Shown: positions 1 through 12,360, counted from the stretch's first letter. The stretch is DNA of 64,000 nucleotides from Ignavibacteriota bacterium (GCA_963727825.1 CAVSHO010000007.1:128001-192000), one strand, 5' to 3'. Made by a program: numbers and translations. The notes: a model not told the origin generated them from the sequence alone.

Positions 1-107
1 ACGATGTGATGGCTTCGCTAAAAATTAACATCCATTTTTTAACCAAAGCCCAATGGATTTTGGAAATAGAATAACTGTCTGATTTATCAGAGGGCGGAGA
101 ATCCATC

Positions 108-186
108 GGCATCCATTGAAATGGATGCCTCATTATTCAACGAAACCCAAAGGGTTTGAGAATTATAGCAGTCCGATTCATCGGAC
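108..186. repeat. Three hairpins upstream of TnpA (IS200/REP-type end structures)
   Basis: GGCATCCAT-tgaa-ATGGATGCC (108-129), AAACCC-aaa-GGGTTT (143-157), GTCCGA-ttca-TCGGAC (171-186), directly 5' of an HUH transposase. Confidence 0.65.
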
Positions 187-203
187 GATAGGGAAAGACA
201 ACT

Positions 204-641
204 ATGCAAGTACGCCAAGGTACATTTAACAAATTGTTTTATCATTTTATTTGGACCACGAAAGATCGATCTCCAATTATTGACATCAAAATTGAAAGTG
301 AGATCAGAAAAGCGTTATTTTCGAAAGCAAATAAACTACGTATTGATATTCTTGAAACCAATGGAATGGAAGACCATATTCACATGCTGATTCAATCAAT
401 CCCCTCACTTGCACCTTCAGATATTGTGAAACATTTTAAAGGATCATCTTCTCATTTTGTGAATCATATAACACTCAGGGACGATAAGACAAGAACACTT
501 TATTGGCAAGATGGATATGGAATTGTTACCGTAAGTCCAGGTGCTGTAGAAAGTGTAAAGAAATATATTCGAAATCAGAAAGAACATCATTCAAAGAATG
601 ACCTCAATAATGAATTAGAAAATTGCATATATCAAACTTAA
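204..641 (+). mobile_element. tnpA: IS200/IS605-family Y1 HUH transposase (TnpA), no tnpB
   Basis: LFYHFIWTTKDR, HUH motif DHIHML, WQDGY, catalytic Y in KYIRNQKEHH. Confidence 0.9.
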
Positions 642-841
642 GGTTGCATGTAGTTTGTCTTTAATTATTATAGCATAATGGCTCTGCTAAAATCAAGGCT
701 TCAAAGAAATACAAAACCCGATAAAGAACTTCGAAAAACCAGCATCATGTGAAACATGGTGTAGTGACCGATAAATATTAACTTCCTGTCCTTTACTTTC
801 ATAAATCATTAACTCAAACATTCATAATTTATATTTTTTAG

Positions 842-870
842 TTGACAGAAAGAAAAAGAATTCGTACAGT
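842..870 (+). promoter_or_regulatory. Putative sigma70 promoter for the teneurin-like gene
   Basis: TTGACA-17 nt-TACAGT. Confidence 0.45.
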
Positions 871-1106
871 TGTATAAGGGTAAAGCAACTGTTTCTTTTT
901 TCCATCGCTAATTTTAAAATCGATTTAACACAGTTATGTCTTCAAGTGTGCTTCTCAGGGAGGTCATATTGTATTATCCATTCAATAAGCCGATAAGTCT
1001 TGAAGCCAATGTGTTGATATGCAAATAAGCTAGGACTTGTAAATAATCTCATACGACTGACGAATATTAATTTCTTCACTATCAATAAATCATCGGGGGG
1101 GGATTT

Positions 1107-4100
1107 ATGTCAAGGATCATTTCACTATTTCTACTTATTGTAACTATCATTTTCTGTGCGGAAGCTTCAAGCGTTAGTATATTTGGTCCAAAACGTTATG
1201 ATCGCACAACCGGCAAACCCAATACTTGTCAAGATAACTTTGTTTTAAAGCAAGGAGCGACAGCTCCATTCACGCTCACAGTCACCAATGGAGCGCCAAA
1301 CGGTTCAAATCGTGTTTCAAGCGGAACGGTTACAATCAATGGAGTTGTGATTATCAAGCAATCTGATCTCAACCAACAAGTGGGATCACTTCAGCGCGTG
1401 ATATCACTTAATGCGAATAATACTATCGAGGTAGATCTCTCAAGTACGCCCGGCTCATATTTAACAATCGAAATTACTGGACAAGCTGGAACAACAATTC
1501 CGATTCTTAGTATTACTCAGCCCACTGATGGATTTATTACGAAAACATCTCCGGTGTCAGTCGTCGGTACTGTGAGCGGCACTACTCCATTAATTGTAAA
1601 AGCTAATGATTTTCTAATGACTGTCAATACAAACGGTGTTGTCAGTGGACAAGTAGCATTGGTGGAAGGAAGTAATAACATTAGTTTCATTGCAACCGAT
1701 GCTACAGGAGGCACCGCGACTGTTGTTCGGAAAGTAATCTTAGATTCACGTCCACCGACTTTGATAGTTAGTACTCCTGTTGATAATTTCACTACCAACC
1801 AGACATCAGTGAGCGTCAGTGGGACAGTAAAAGATTCGACATCAGTGACTGTGAAGGTAAATGGAACAAGTGTTACGGCTTCCAATAGCTCATTCAGTAG
1901 TACTCTTGCACTTGTTGAAGGTATTAATACAATTACGATTGTTGCGACTGATGCAACAGGAAATCAAACGACAGTCGCTCGCACAGTGAGGAGAGATAGT
2001 CAGCCGCCGGTACTTGCTATAACACAACCGATAGATAGATTGATTACAAACCAATTAACAGTTCCAGTTACCGGCACTGTAACGGACCTGCCCACCAACA
2101 GTCAGGCGGGTGCGAGCCAAGTGCAAGTCACCGTCGATGGAAAACAGGTATCTGTCGATCATCATAATGCGTTCTATGCACTTATAACACTTGCAGAAGG
2201 CCAGAATACGATAACGGTTGTGGCAACCGATGCTGCAGGGAATTCCACGAAACTTACTCGAATGGTAACACGGGATGATGTTTCGCCAACTCTAACAGTA
2301 AGCGAACCTGCCGATGGTCTAGTGACCAAGAGTAATTCCATCAGTGTGAAAGGAACTGTCCACGACCAGACAACCGTGACTGTGCAAGTCAATGGTGTTG
2401 TATTTCCGGTTGATCAAACAGGAGCGTTCAGCGGCACTTTGTCCTTGAAGGAAGGCAAGAATATACTACAGATCGTTGCCACAGATGCAGCGAAGAACTC
2501 CACAACTATTATACGTACAGTCATTCGTGATACAACACCGCCGGATATTGATGTCTACACACCATGGAATAATATTACGACGGGTGATAGCGTTGTTATA
2601 GTAAGCGGTAAAGTCACTGATTGTACTGCAACAGTCGTAAATATTTCAATCAATGGTGGAAAGAGTAATCCTGTTCCTCTGCTATGTTTTGGTTTTTTTA
2701 TTCAGAAAGTATCGTTGAGCGGTGGAACGAATGTCATTACAATCACAGCTACAGATGCTGCAGGCAATAGTTCAATCGTAACACGAACCATCAATCGAAA
2801 AGGCACAACTCTCAAGCTAGTTGTTTCAGAGCCAGTGGATGAAACGATTACACGTGCTGGTTCTATTCTTGTAAAAGGCACAGCAACGGGAACGGGTGCA
2901 ATTACGCTGAAAGTTAATGGAGGTGTTATTAGTGTCTCATCTGATGGATCTTTCAGTACTTCGGTGAATCTTGCAGAGGGGACGAATCTCATCACCACAA
3001 CTGCTACGGATGCTTCAAATACAACCTTGACCGTCACTCGACTTGTCATCAAAGACACCACACCCCCGGTATTGATTGTTGATAAACCGGTTGATGGATT
3101 CCTTACGAAGGACGCAGCCGTTGCCGTGAGTGGCACAGTGAGCGACTCAACAAGCGTAAACGTGTTGGTGAATGGTCATGCAGTCTCCGTTGGAATAGAT
3201 GGATCCTTCAATTATTCATTATCCACTGTCGAAGGGACGAATGTCATTACCATTGTTGCAACAGATACATTGGGTAATGCAACGACCATAACGCGATGGA
3301 TCAGAAAAGACACAACGCCACCAACCTTGACTATAACGACACCCAATAATGATGCGATTACCTCTGTCGACTCGATTTTTGTAGCGGGAAGTGTGAAAGA
3401 TTCTTCGGCCGTAACACTAAAAATAAATGAGGTGTCGATCAATGTTAATGCAGATGGAACATTCAGCGGTTATGCTCCCCTTTCATCCGAAGGGGCAAAT
3501 GAGTTGTATGTTATTGCCATAGACGCATTGGGAAATGTAACCACGAGCTCACGTTTGGTAATAATGGATACACAGCCGCCAATCGTCAATCTTACATCAC
3601 CAATCGATAGTCTTATTACTAATCTCCAATCTATAACAGTAAGTGGAACAGTCACAGACTCCACTACTGTAACTCTAACGATAAATGGGAATAGTCCCCA
3701 AGGGATAAATGTATCCCTTGGTGTAGGCGGAGTTTTCAGTTATCAGTTGCCAGTTGCAGAAGGATGGAATACAATTATTATTGTAGCGACTGATGCAGCA
3801 GGAAATAAAACAACCATTACTCGAACAGTTAATAAAGACACACAACCTCCCGTTGTCAATCTTACATCGCCAATTGATAGCCTTATTACTAATATCCAAT
3901 CCATCACAGTCAATGGGACTGTAACAGATTTAACAACGATATCTTTGACCGTTAATGGGAATCCGGTAACCACAGGAAATAGCGGCACCTTTAGTGCGCA
4001 GATATCATTAAATGAGGGTTCAAATACCTTTACTATCATTGCGACAGATGCGGCGGGTAATTCCACGACAATTTCAAGAGGGGCGGTCCTCGATTCGCAA

Positions 4101-7100
4101 GCGCCAACCGTAAATTTACTTTTACCTGTTGATTCAACGATAACAAATCTCTCGTCGATTACTGTTAGCGGAAAAATAACAGACGCTTCCTTTTCATCGC
4201 TTACAATTGCAGGAAATGTTGTTACCGTGAGTACGGACGGATACTTCTCAACAACTGTAAGTCTTAATGAGGGATTAAATTCTGTTGTATTGACGGCTAT
4301 AGACAAAGCCGGAAACACAACAACAATTTCGAGATCAATAATCCGGGATTCACAAGCGCCAGTTGTGAATATCCAGTCTCCGATCGATAGTCTCATTACA
4401 AAACTTCAATCTATTACGGTGAGCGGAACTGTTAGCGATTCGACTGAAGTGCAGTTGACTGTGAAGGTCGGGAGTGGAACTCCCTCCCAGCTTGAAGTTG
4501 GAAGCGATGGAACATTCAGGACCGTTATTAATCTGGTTGAAGGAAAAAATATTATCACAATCGGAGCTTCCGATGCAGCGGGAAATAAAACAACAGTTTC
4601 AAGATTAGTTATCCGGGATACACAAGCTCCAATCGTCAATCTCACTTCACCAATCGATAGTCTCATTACCAATCTCCAATTGGTCACTGTGAGCGGAACA
4701 GTTTTAGACTCCACCTCGGCAACTCTGAAGATTAATGGGAACAATGTGCCCGTTGGTGTAAGCGGAGTTTTCAGTTATCAATCGTCAATAATTGAAGGAA
4801 AGGATACGATAACGGTTGTTGCAACGGATGCTGCTGGAAATACTACTACAATTTCGAGATTGGTAATTCGAGATTCGCAATCCCCAATTATTAATCTCAC
4901 CTCACCAATCGACAATCTTATTACAAATCTCCCATCAGTCACTTTTAGTGGGACAGTAAAAGATTCGTCGGCAGTAATGTTGACTGTGACAGTCGGGAGT
5001 GGAACTCCCTCCCAACTTAAATTAGGAAGTGATGGAACATTCAGCACGCAAGTATCATTAGTCGAAGGCACTAATACTATATTAATCACAGCCACAGACA
5101 CGGCAGGAAACTCTACAACCATCATTCGTAATGTGCGACTAGATTCAACACCGCCGAAGATGGTTCTTACATCACCAATTGATAGTTCAGTGACGAATAA
5201 AACAAAAATAGTAATAAGCGGATCGGTCGTGGATTCAAGCTCTGTTACTTTTACCGTCAATGGTATTGCATTTCCGATTAGCACCAATGGGTTATTTTCG
5301 GATACGCTTTCGATCAATGAAGGGAAAAATTATTTTAGTATCGTTGCAACCGACAAAGTTGGGAATCAAACTACTATCAAACGTACTGTTATCCGTGATA
5401 CACAGGCGCCGACGATCTTGATTGCTTCTCCAACAGCGAATGCTACTACAACTGACAGCTTAATCTCGGTGATTGGTAGCATTATTGATTCGACACAAAT
5501 ATCCATAACTGTTAACGGTGCTATACAAACAACAGGTCTCAATGGAGGGTTTACATTACCGTTATTCCTTTCCAACGGTAATAATACCGTCTCTGTTGTT
5601 GCGACTGATCAAGCCGGCAACACATCGACGCTTATTCGAACGATAACAAAAGTTTCAATGCCGCCAGATCCTATAACAGTTGCTCCAAAGATTGATGCCA
5701 CAATTGCAACTAACATTTGCGATGCTACAGAATTTTTATACACAGGTTCGAACACGATACAAAAAGGGATGACTCCAGGTTCAATTAGTAAAGCTCAAGT
5801 TTCTGTTATACGAGGAAAAGTGCTAGATGGAAATAAACAAGCTCTAAAAGGAGTTAATATAACTGTATTGAATCATCCCGAATATGGAAGCACTATAAGC
5901 AGAGATGATGGCATGTATGATCTTGCTGTTAACGGCGGATCATACATAACGATTAATTATGATCACGTTGGATATTTGTCTGCACAGCGACAGGTTGATG
6001 CCCGATTGCAATTATATAGACAAGCAGATGACGTTATACTTTTACGTATGGACACTGTGGTGCAGCATGTTGATTTAACAACGCCCCAAATTGTGCAGGG
6101 AAGACCAGTAAGTGATTCATTAGGAACTCGCAGACCGGCTTTGTTTATTCGCCCCGGGACATCTGCGAATTTGGTTTTCAATAAATATACATATAGAGTA
6201 TTAAATGCTTGTTCTATCCCGGCAAATCGTTGGTGTTCTAATACTATTATTCAACCGTCCGTAACCATTCCGACGCTGGTAGATAGTCTCGTCCCTACTA
6301 AATCAATTTCTGTCCGAATGATGGAGTACACCGCAAATGCAAACGGAGAGATCGCAATTCCCGGTGTATTGCCAGCCAGCGTGGCATATACGTTTGCTTT
6401 TGAATTGAGTGCTGATGAAATGCTCAGTGCGGGGGCAAGAGATATTCGATTTAATCAACCTGCAGTATTTTATCTAGAAAATGTTTTGGGCTTCCCGGTT
6501 GGATTGACAGTTCCTTTTGGTTGGTATGATAGACAAAATGGATATTGGAATACATCGCCAAATGGAAAAGTTATTAAAATCATAGACACCGTTGGAGGCA
6601 TTGCATCTATAGATTACAACGGAGATGGCATCGCTGAATTATCAGATACGTTGTTGGTTAAGGGAATTTCATTACTTGAGCAACAATACCTTGCCTTAAA
6701 TTATAAAAAAGGTCAATCGCTCTGGCGATGTGAAATAACGCATCTTGGCACATTCGCTGCAGGATTCACAATGGTTGGGCCATCGAATGCGCAAGAGCCG
6801 CAAAATCCACTGCCGGATCGCTATGCAAAAGTTGATCGAGATAATATCGTAGCCGGTTCAGTGATTGGAGTTCAGAATCAGACGCTCAGCGAATCTACAC
6901 CAATTGTCAATACTCCAATAACCATGAACTATAAAAGCGATCGTGTCTTTGGAAGAAGAGAAGCATATTGTCTCGATATTCCTCTTACAGGAACAACAAT
7001 TCCGCAGGGAATGTCGAAGGTAACATTAGAGATAGAGATTGTTGGAAGAAAATATGATTCCACATTTACGCCCCAACCAAATCTTACATATCACTTCGAA

Positions 7101-10100
7101 TGGGATGGAAAAGATGCGTATGGCAGAAGAGTTCAAGGTCAGCAAAATATTTTAACTATCATCACATATTCTTATCCCTCTCAATTTGCTTTGCCACCAG
7201 ATTATAATAATTGTTTTGCGACGCCTTCTGGTCAGATAATAACGCAATATGTACCGGGCTGTAAAATGATTAGCAAGACCCAAATTTGGGAAGGTAAAAT
7301 TGGCGCGTTTGACTTTCTATCACTTGGCATTGGAGGCTGGAGCTTAAGTCTGCACCATGGTTACGATTGTTTAGGCCGTATTCTTTACAAAGGTGACGGA
7401 ACGGTAAGCAGCGCAAATGTAATGGATAATGTTATCAATACCGTTATGGGAAACAAAGGAGATATAAATAATTGGTGCGCTGATTATGGCTTAGATGGGA
7501 CACTTGCGACACAAACTATGGATTGGAATGTATTAAGCCTTGCCTTTGGTAAAAACGATGAATTGTATTATAATGTCGCAAATAATTATATCCGAAAAAT
7601 AGATACCGCGGGAATAATAAATACTATAGGCGGACTTATAGGTAATGGTACTATATCGTATGACACAAGCACAGGTAAGTTAGCAAATTGCTGCGCTTTC
7701 AATTATAACGCTGCTAACGCAGCAATTAATGTTGGACCTGATGGTTGTGTTTATTTTGTAGATTATTTACTGGATGTTATTTGGAAAATAACTCAATATG
7801 GAGAACGGATTCGATATGCAGGTGTTATAGGAGCAAATTCTTCTAGTGGAGATGGTGGCACTGCCACTCAAGCCTCCTTTAATAGTCCATCATCTATTGC
7901 ATTTGGAAAAGATGGATGTTGTTATATCTTTGAAGGAAATAATAGCCGAATCAGAAAGATTTCTCCGGATGGTATTGTTACAACTGTTGCAGGCACAGGC
8001 GTGAGCGGTTATAGCGGCGATGGAGGACCAGCAACAAATGCCAAGATCCAAGGAGGGATGGTATATTCTAATCCTAGTTATATTAATGGTAATGGAACTA
8101 CCGACATGGTAGTTGGAGACGATGGCTCTATTTATTTTGCTGAAGGTGCGGGATGTCATATTAGAAAAATTACACCGGATGGCATTATACATACAATTGC
8201 TGGTACTGGAGACCAGTACAATACCGGCGATGGCGGACCTGCGGTGAATGCTCGTGTCTGGTACCCGATGAGTCTTTCATTGGGAAAAGATAGAACTCTA
8301 TTCTTATCGACAAGAAATTCAATTAGAGCCATAGCAACAGATGGATATATTAAAACTATTGTGGGCGGCGGAAATAATATATGGTTAGATAATTGTCCCG
8401 CAACCGCATATCAATTGACTTCCCAGCCCGCTATTGCAATGGGGCAAGATAATAATCTTTACGCAGCTGAAGCTTGGACTTCACCCAAAGCCTATTCGCT
8501 TAGCCACATTTTTAAAGTCACACCACCGCTTCCCGGTATTACGCTGAGCGAAATCCTTGTTGCTTCAGAAGATGGATCAGAGCAATATGTCTTTACATAC
8601 TCCGGCAGGCATCTGTGCACACTTGATGCGCTGACCGGCGTTGTAAAATATAGCTTTGGCTATGACTCGACTTATAAACTTATTACTATCACAGATGTTG
8701 ATAGTCTTGTAACACACATTGAGCGAGATTCCAATGATAATGCGACAGCAATTATATCGCCCTATGGTGTCCGCACAGAATTAAATCTCGATTCACTTGG
8801 ATACTTATTACACGCCGTAAATCCAGCAAGCGAGTCTAATCAATTTACATATACATCCGGCGGTTTGATGACGAGCAAGACTGATGCCCGCGGTAATACA
8901 TACAATTATTCATACGACTCTCTTGGTTATTTGACAATGGATTTAGATCCGGTTGGCGGTTATACAACGCTTAGCCGTGTGTACGACTCAACAGGATATA
9001 CCATAACCTCGTTGACAGCGATGGGGAAGAAAACAACATATCGTGTGGACCATTTGCGCGACGGCTCGCGTGTGCTCACCAACACCGATGCGAACGGATT
9101 AAAAACGATTACTACGATTGGAACCGATGGCTCCTCGACAACAACTACACCTGATGGTATGAGCACACCTGACCAGCAAAAACCCGATCCGCGTTACGGC
9201 ATGCAGTCGCCTTTGCAAAATGTTACTGTAAACACACCGGGCGGCTTGCAATCCAATGTAAATCAGTATAGAACAATAACGCAGATGACAGGCAACGCGG
9301 TAACGGGTTTGCAGGATAGCATTATGGTCAATGGTAAACCATTCAAGACACGATGGGATGGCAACCAAAGGATGTTGACAAAGATCAGCGCTGAAGGACG
9401 ACAAACCTTTTCCTTCTATGATGTAAAAGGAAGAGTAATTAAGGATTCTATTCCAGGACTTTTAGCAACAACTCATAAATATGACAGCAAAGGAAGAAAG
9501 ATAGAAGACAACCAGGGTGGAAGAAAAACGACATACGCATACGACTCACTTGGTAGACAAGCAAAGGTGACAGATCCTTATGGAAGAATTACTCAGTTCT
9601 TCTATGACTTGTCAGATAGGTTGGTGAGGACTGTTCTACCCGACTCATCGGAAGTATCATTCACATACGACAAGAATGGGAATATGCTTTCGTTGACTCC
9701 GCCATCTAAACCAGAACATACTTTCGATTATTCAAAAGTGGATTTGGAAACACTATACACACCTCCGTTTGCTGGAGATAGTGCAAGGGCGACTGCAAAA
9801 ATCTACAATTTTGATAGGGAGATTACTTGCATTGCTCGACCTGATAGCTTGAATATGAATTTCTTTTATGGCGGAAAAGGTTCATTAGCTGGCCAACCCA
9901 AAAAGATTTCCTATGATCGAGGAACAATGACCTTCCTTTACGATACGATTAAAGCGTTAGTTACGGGAGTAATTTCTCCAAATGGAGATTCACTGCTTTA
10001 TCAATATGATGGTCAATTGCCAAAGTATGTTCGCTGGACTGGTTCTGTCAATGGAAATATAAAAGTCAGATATAACAACGATATGAAAGTTTTAGCAGAG

Positions 10101-11647
10101 ACTATCAACAATAAAGACAGCATTAATTTTGTTTATGACAAAGATGGATTGCTTACCAATGCAGGAGCGCTCAAGTTAAAATCGAGTACAGCAAACAACT
10201 TGTTACTAAGCGATACTTTAGGAAATGTAGTGACCAACTATATCTACAATTCTCTTGGAGAAATAGCAAGTCAGCAATCGCTTTTCGGCTCGGCAGTTTT
10301 ATATCAAGTGAATTATACCAGAGATAGTTTGGGAAGAGTTTCTGAAAAGGCTGAAACAATTCAAGGCATAGCAACAAAATATGATTATGTATATGATGTC
10401 AAAGGACAACTTTTGCAGGTATCGAAAAACGATACGATTGTTTCCACGTACACTTACGACCCAAATGGCAATCGTATTGCACACATGACCCCAATTTCTG
10501 CTGACAGTGGAACATATGATGTACAAGATAGATTACTCACATACTCATCGACTCAATATCTATATTCTCAAAATGGCGACCTAAGACAGAAGATAGTGGG
10601 CACCCGCCAAACAGACGGCGGGCAAGCAGACACGACCCATTACGACTATGATGCTATGGGGAATCTTCTTTCCGTGGTTTTGCCAACGGGTACACGTATT
10701 GATTACATTACAGATGGAGCCGGTCGTCGTATTATAAGAAAAACTAATGGACAAATTACAAATCGATGGTTATACTCTGATGAATTGAGAATCAGTGGAG
10801 AAGTCGATAGCGTTGGAAACGTTGTGAGTCACTTCGTCTATGCGACAAAACAAAATGTGCCGGAGTATGTTTTGAAAGGTAGTATTGCTTATAGAGTTGT
10901 GACAGATCAGCTTGGAAGTGTAAGGCAGGTGATCAATTCAGCTACAGGCCAGGTTGTTCAGCAAATGGATTATGATGAGTTTGGAAACGTAACCAACTCC
11001 AGCGGTCAACAAATTGTGCCAATGGGGTTTGCTGGAGGGATATATGATGCTCAAACGGGACTAACAAGGTTTGGGGCAAGAGATTATGAAGCCAGTGTTG
11101 GAAGATGGATGGTAAAGGATCCGATATTATTTGCTTCAAACTCAATGAATCATTATGGTTATGCAGGAAATAATCCCATAAATCTTTTTGATATAAGTGG
11201 TAATTCTGATCTTTGGGGGAAGCTATTGCTGCTTTTACATTTGCGGCATCAACGACAAGCCTGATAAATGATATTTGGGAATACGTTAATTCAAAGGGAA
11301 GCGATATTGGTGCAACAATAGGGCTTTATGCTGATACATGGGGTATGGGTGCAAGTGTGATTAATTTTGCTAAAGCGGCAAGAGAATACGAAAATGTCGG
11401 TGATGTTAGAACTGATCCTTTAACAGCTCTTATTGAAAAACTTGGCGGAAAAATTAATGTCTGTAATTTTACAGAAACAATGGTATCAGCTGCGATGACA
11501 GCTCAGTTTGCACATACCATGGATCTCATGAGTAAGGGTTCTAACTTGAGAGCAGCGGTTTGGACATTATCTGCTCTTGCCACTCTTCAAGCCGGTATAA
11601 ATTGCTGGATCGTTGCTGAAATGAATTTAGGAAAGCAAAAAAAATAA
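1107..11647 (+). CDS. Giant secreted teneurin-like Rhs/YD protein: signal peptide, 16 Ig-like repeats, carboxypeptidase-regulatory-like/FN-plug region, NHL propeller, YD shell, Rhs core, C-terminal payload (payload separated by a 1-nt frameshift at about 11215)
   Basis: ORF 1107-11264; 16 A(T/I/S)DxxGN-type units; teneurin-like motifs WDGKDAYGRRVQG and GGWSLSLHH; NHL repeats (GDGGPA); core RFGARDY...GRWMVKDP...NNPINLFDISG; one extra G at 11215-11219 fuses ORF 11213-11647. Confidence 0.88.
2087..2110. repeat. 24-bp in-frame hairpin+tetranucleotide insertion (adds LPTNSQAG)
   Basis: Minus strand CCCGCC-N8-GGTGGG-CAGG; removal restores VTDASQV, matching sister repeats. Confidence 0.75.
3695..3709. 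repeat. 15-bp in-frame hairpin+TAAA insertion
   Basis: TCCC-caa-GGGA-TAAA; removal gives INGNSVSLGV, like sister repeat INGNNVPVGV. Confidence 0.6.
4466..4493. repeat. RAYT-type REP copy inside the coding sequence
   Basis: GGTCGGGAGTGGAACTCCCTCCCAGCTT closely matches intergenic REP GGTCGGGAGTTAGAACTCCCTCCAAACTT (14496-14524). Confidence 0.75.
4992..5018. repeat. Second RAYT-type REP copy inside the coding sequence
   Basis: GTCGGGAGTGGAACTCCCTCCCAACTT; read as VGSGTPSQL. Confidence 0.75.
10603..10626. repeat. 24-bp in-frame hairpin+CAAG insertion in the YD shell
   Basis: CCCGCC-aaacagac-GGCGGG-CAAG; removal restores KIVGTDTTHY. Confidence 0.8.
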
Positions 11648-11668
11648 ACATCAAAAGGAGTTAAAATT

Positions 11669-12160
11669 ATGTTCATTATAATTAATGGCATTTTTTGTAT
11701 TGCATTGATGGTATTTTTGAGTCGTTCGTCAAACAAGCCGGCACGAATTGATGGAACAAGCGGTAATATTATTCTCTATTGTGGTGCCCGTTATATAGTT
11801 TTTGCTTTTATTGGATTTTTATGTGCTTTTGATATTCTATACATATTCCATCCTATTCTCGGAGAAATTACTTTGAATTCTATAATAATTTTCCTTCCTG
11901 TGGGTGCATGTATTTATGGTGGATTAAAAATGTTTCTTATGGCGAGGCGCTATGAAATTGAACTGACCCACGATGCAATTATTGAGAAGCAAATAATAAG
12001 GAAACCAGTCAAAATTGAATGGGAAAAAGTAAAGAAAGTTCTTAATATCAACCGTGGTGTCGAAATATATAGTATTGAGGGAACAAAAATTAGAATTCCT
12101 CAAACGATGGATGGATATTTAACTCTTCTTAAAGTAATAGAAGAAAAGCATCCTAGATAA
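11669..12160 (+). CDS. Membrane protein, probable immunity protein
   Basis: 3 hydrophobic segments plus soluble C-terminal domain; AGGAG SD; 21 nt after the Rhs payload stop. Confidence 0.6.
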   Translation: MFIIINGIFCIALMVFLSRSSNKPARIDGTSGNIILYCGARYIVFAFIGFLCAFDILYIFHPILGEITLNSIIIFLPVGACIYGGLKMFLMARRYEIELTHDAIIEKQIIRKPVKIEWEKVKKVLNINRGVEIYSIEGTKIRIPQTMDGYLTLLKVIEEKHPR

Positions 12161-12164
12161 ATAC

Positions 12165-12237
12165 CTTGTTCCCAAATTCTCCGTCCATAAAACGGCGGAC
12201 AAGTATTTGGGAATGGAAGGTTTGAAGCTCTGCTTCA
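12165..12237. repeat. REP-like palindromes (TTCCCAAAT/ATTTGGGAA; GAAGC/GCTTC) with a nested 24-bp hairpin at 12180-12203
   Basis: TTCCCAAAT-tc[TCCGTC-N8-GGCGGA-CAAG]t-ATTTGGGAA; a related fragment CCAAGCTTGGGAATGAG lies at about 13678. Confidence 0.65.
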
Positions 12238-12321
12238 GAACTAAGGATGTTAACAGAACTTGGAATAACCGAGTAATGGTTGGGAGAACATCAAAGATTT
12301 AGTAAGCAGTATCGGGAGTGT

Positions 12322-12354
12322 ACCTCTCCGATCGCTGGGAGCGGTCGGAGAGGT
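12322..12354. repeat. Strong hairpin
   Basis: ACCTCTCCGATCGCT-ggg-AGCGGTCGGAGAGGT, 15-bp stem with one G.T pair. Confidence 0.7.
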
Positions 12355-12360
12355 GGTACC

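Larger units (their letters stand above)
1497..5655 (+). repeat. 16 tandem Ig-like (about 87 aa) domain repeats
   Basis: Recurring P.D...TN...V.VSGTV.D...V.VNG...G.F...L.EG.N.I.I.ATD..GN pattern; boundaries approximate. Confidence 0.85.

Noticed and set aside
204-641. IS605/TnpB RNA-guided system
   Set aside because: No tnpB/iscB ORF downstream; the upstream side is cut by the window edge.
1517-6181. Many minus-strand ORFs over the Ig repeats
   Set aside because: Antisense shadows of a Thr/Val/Ser-rich repetitive gene.
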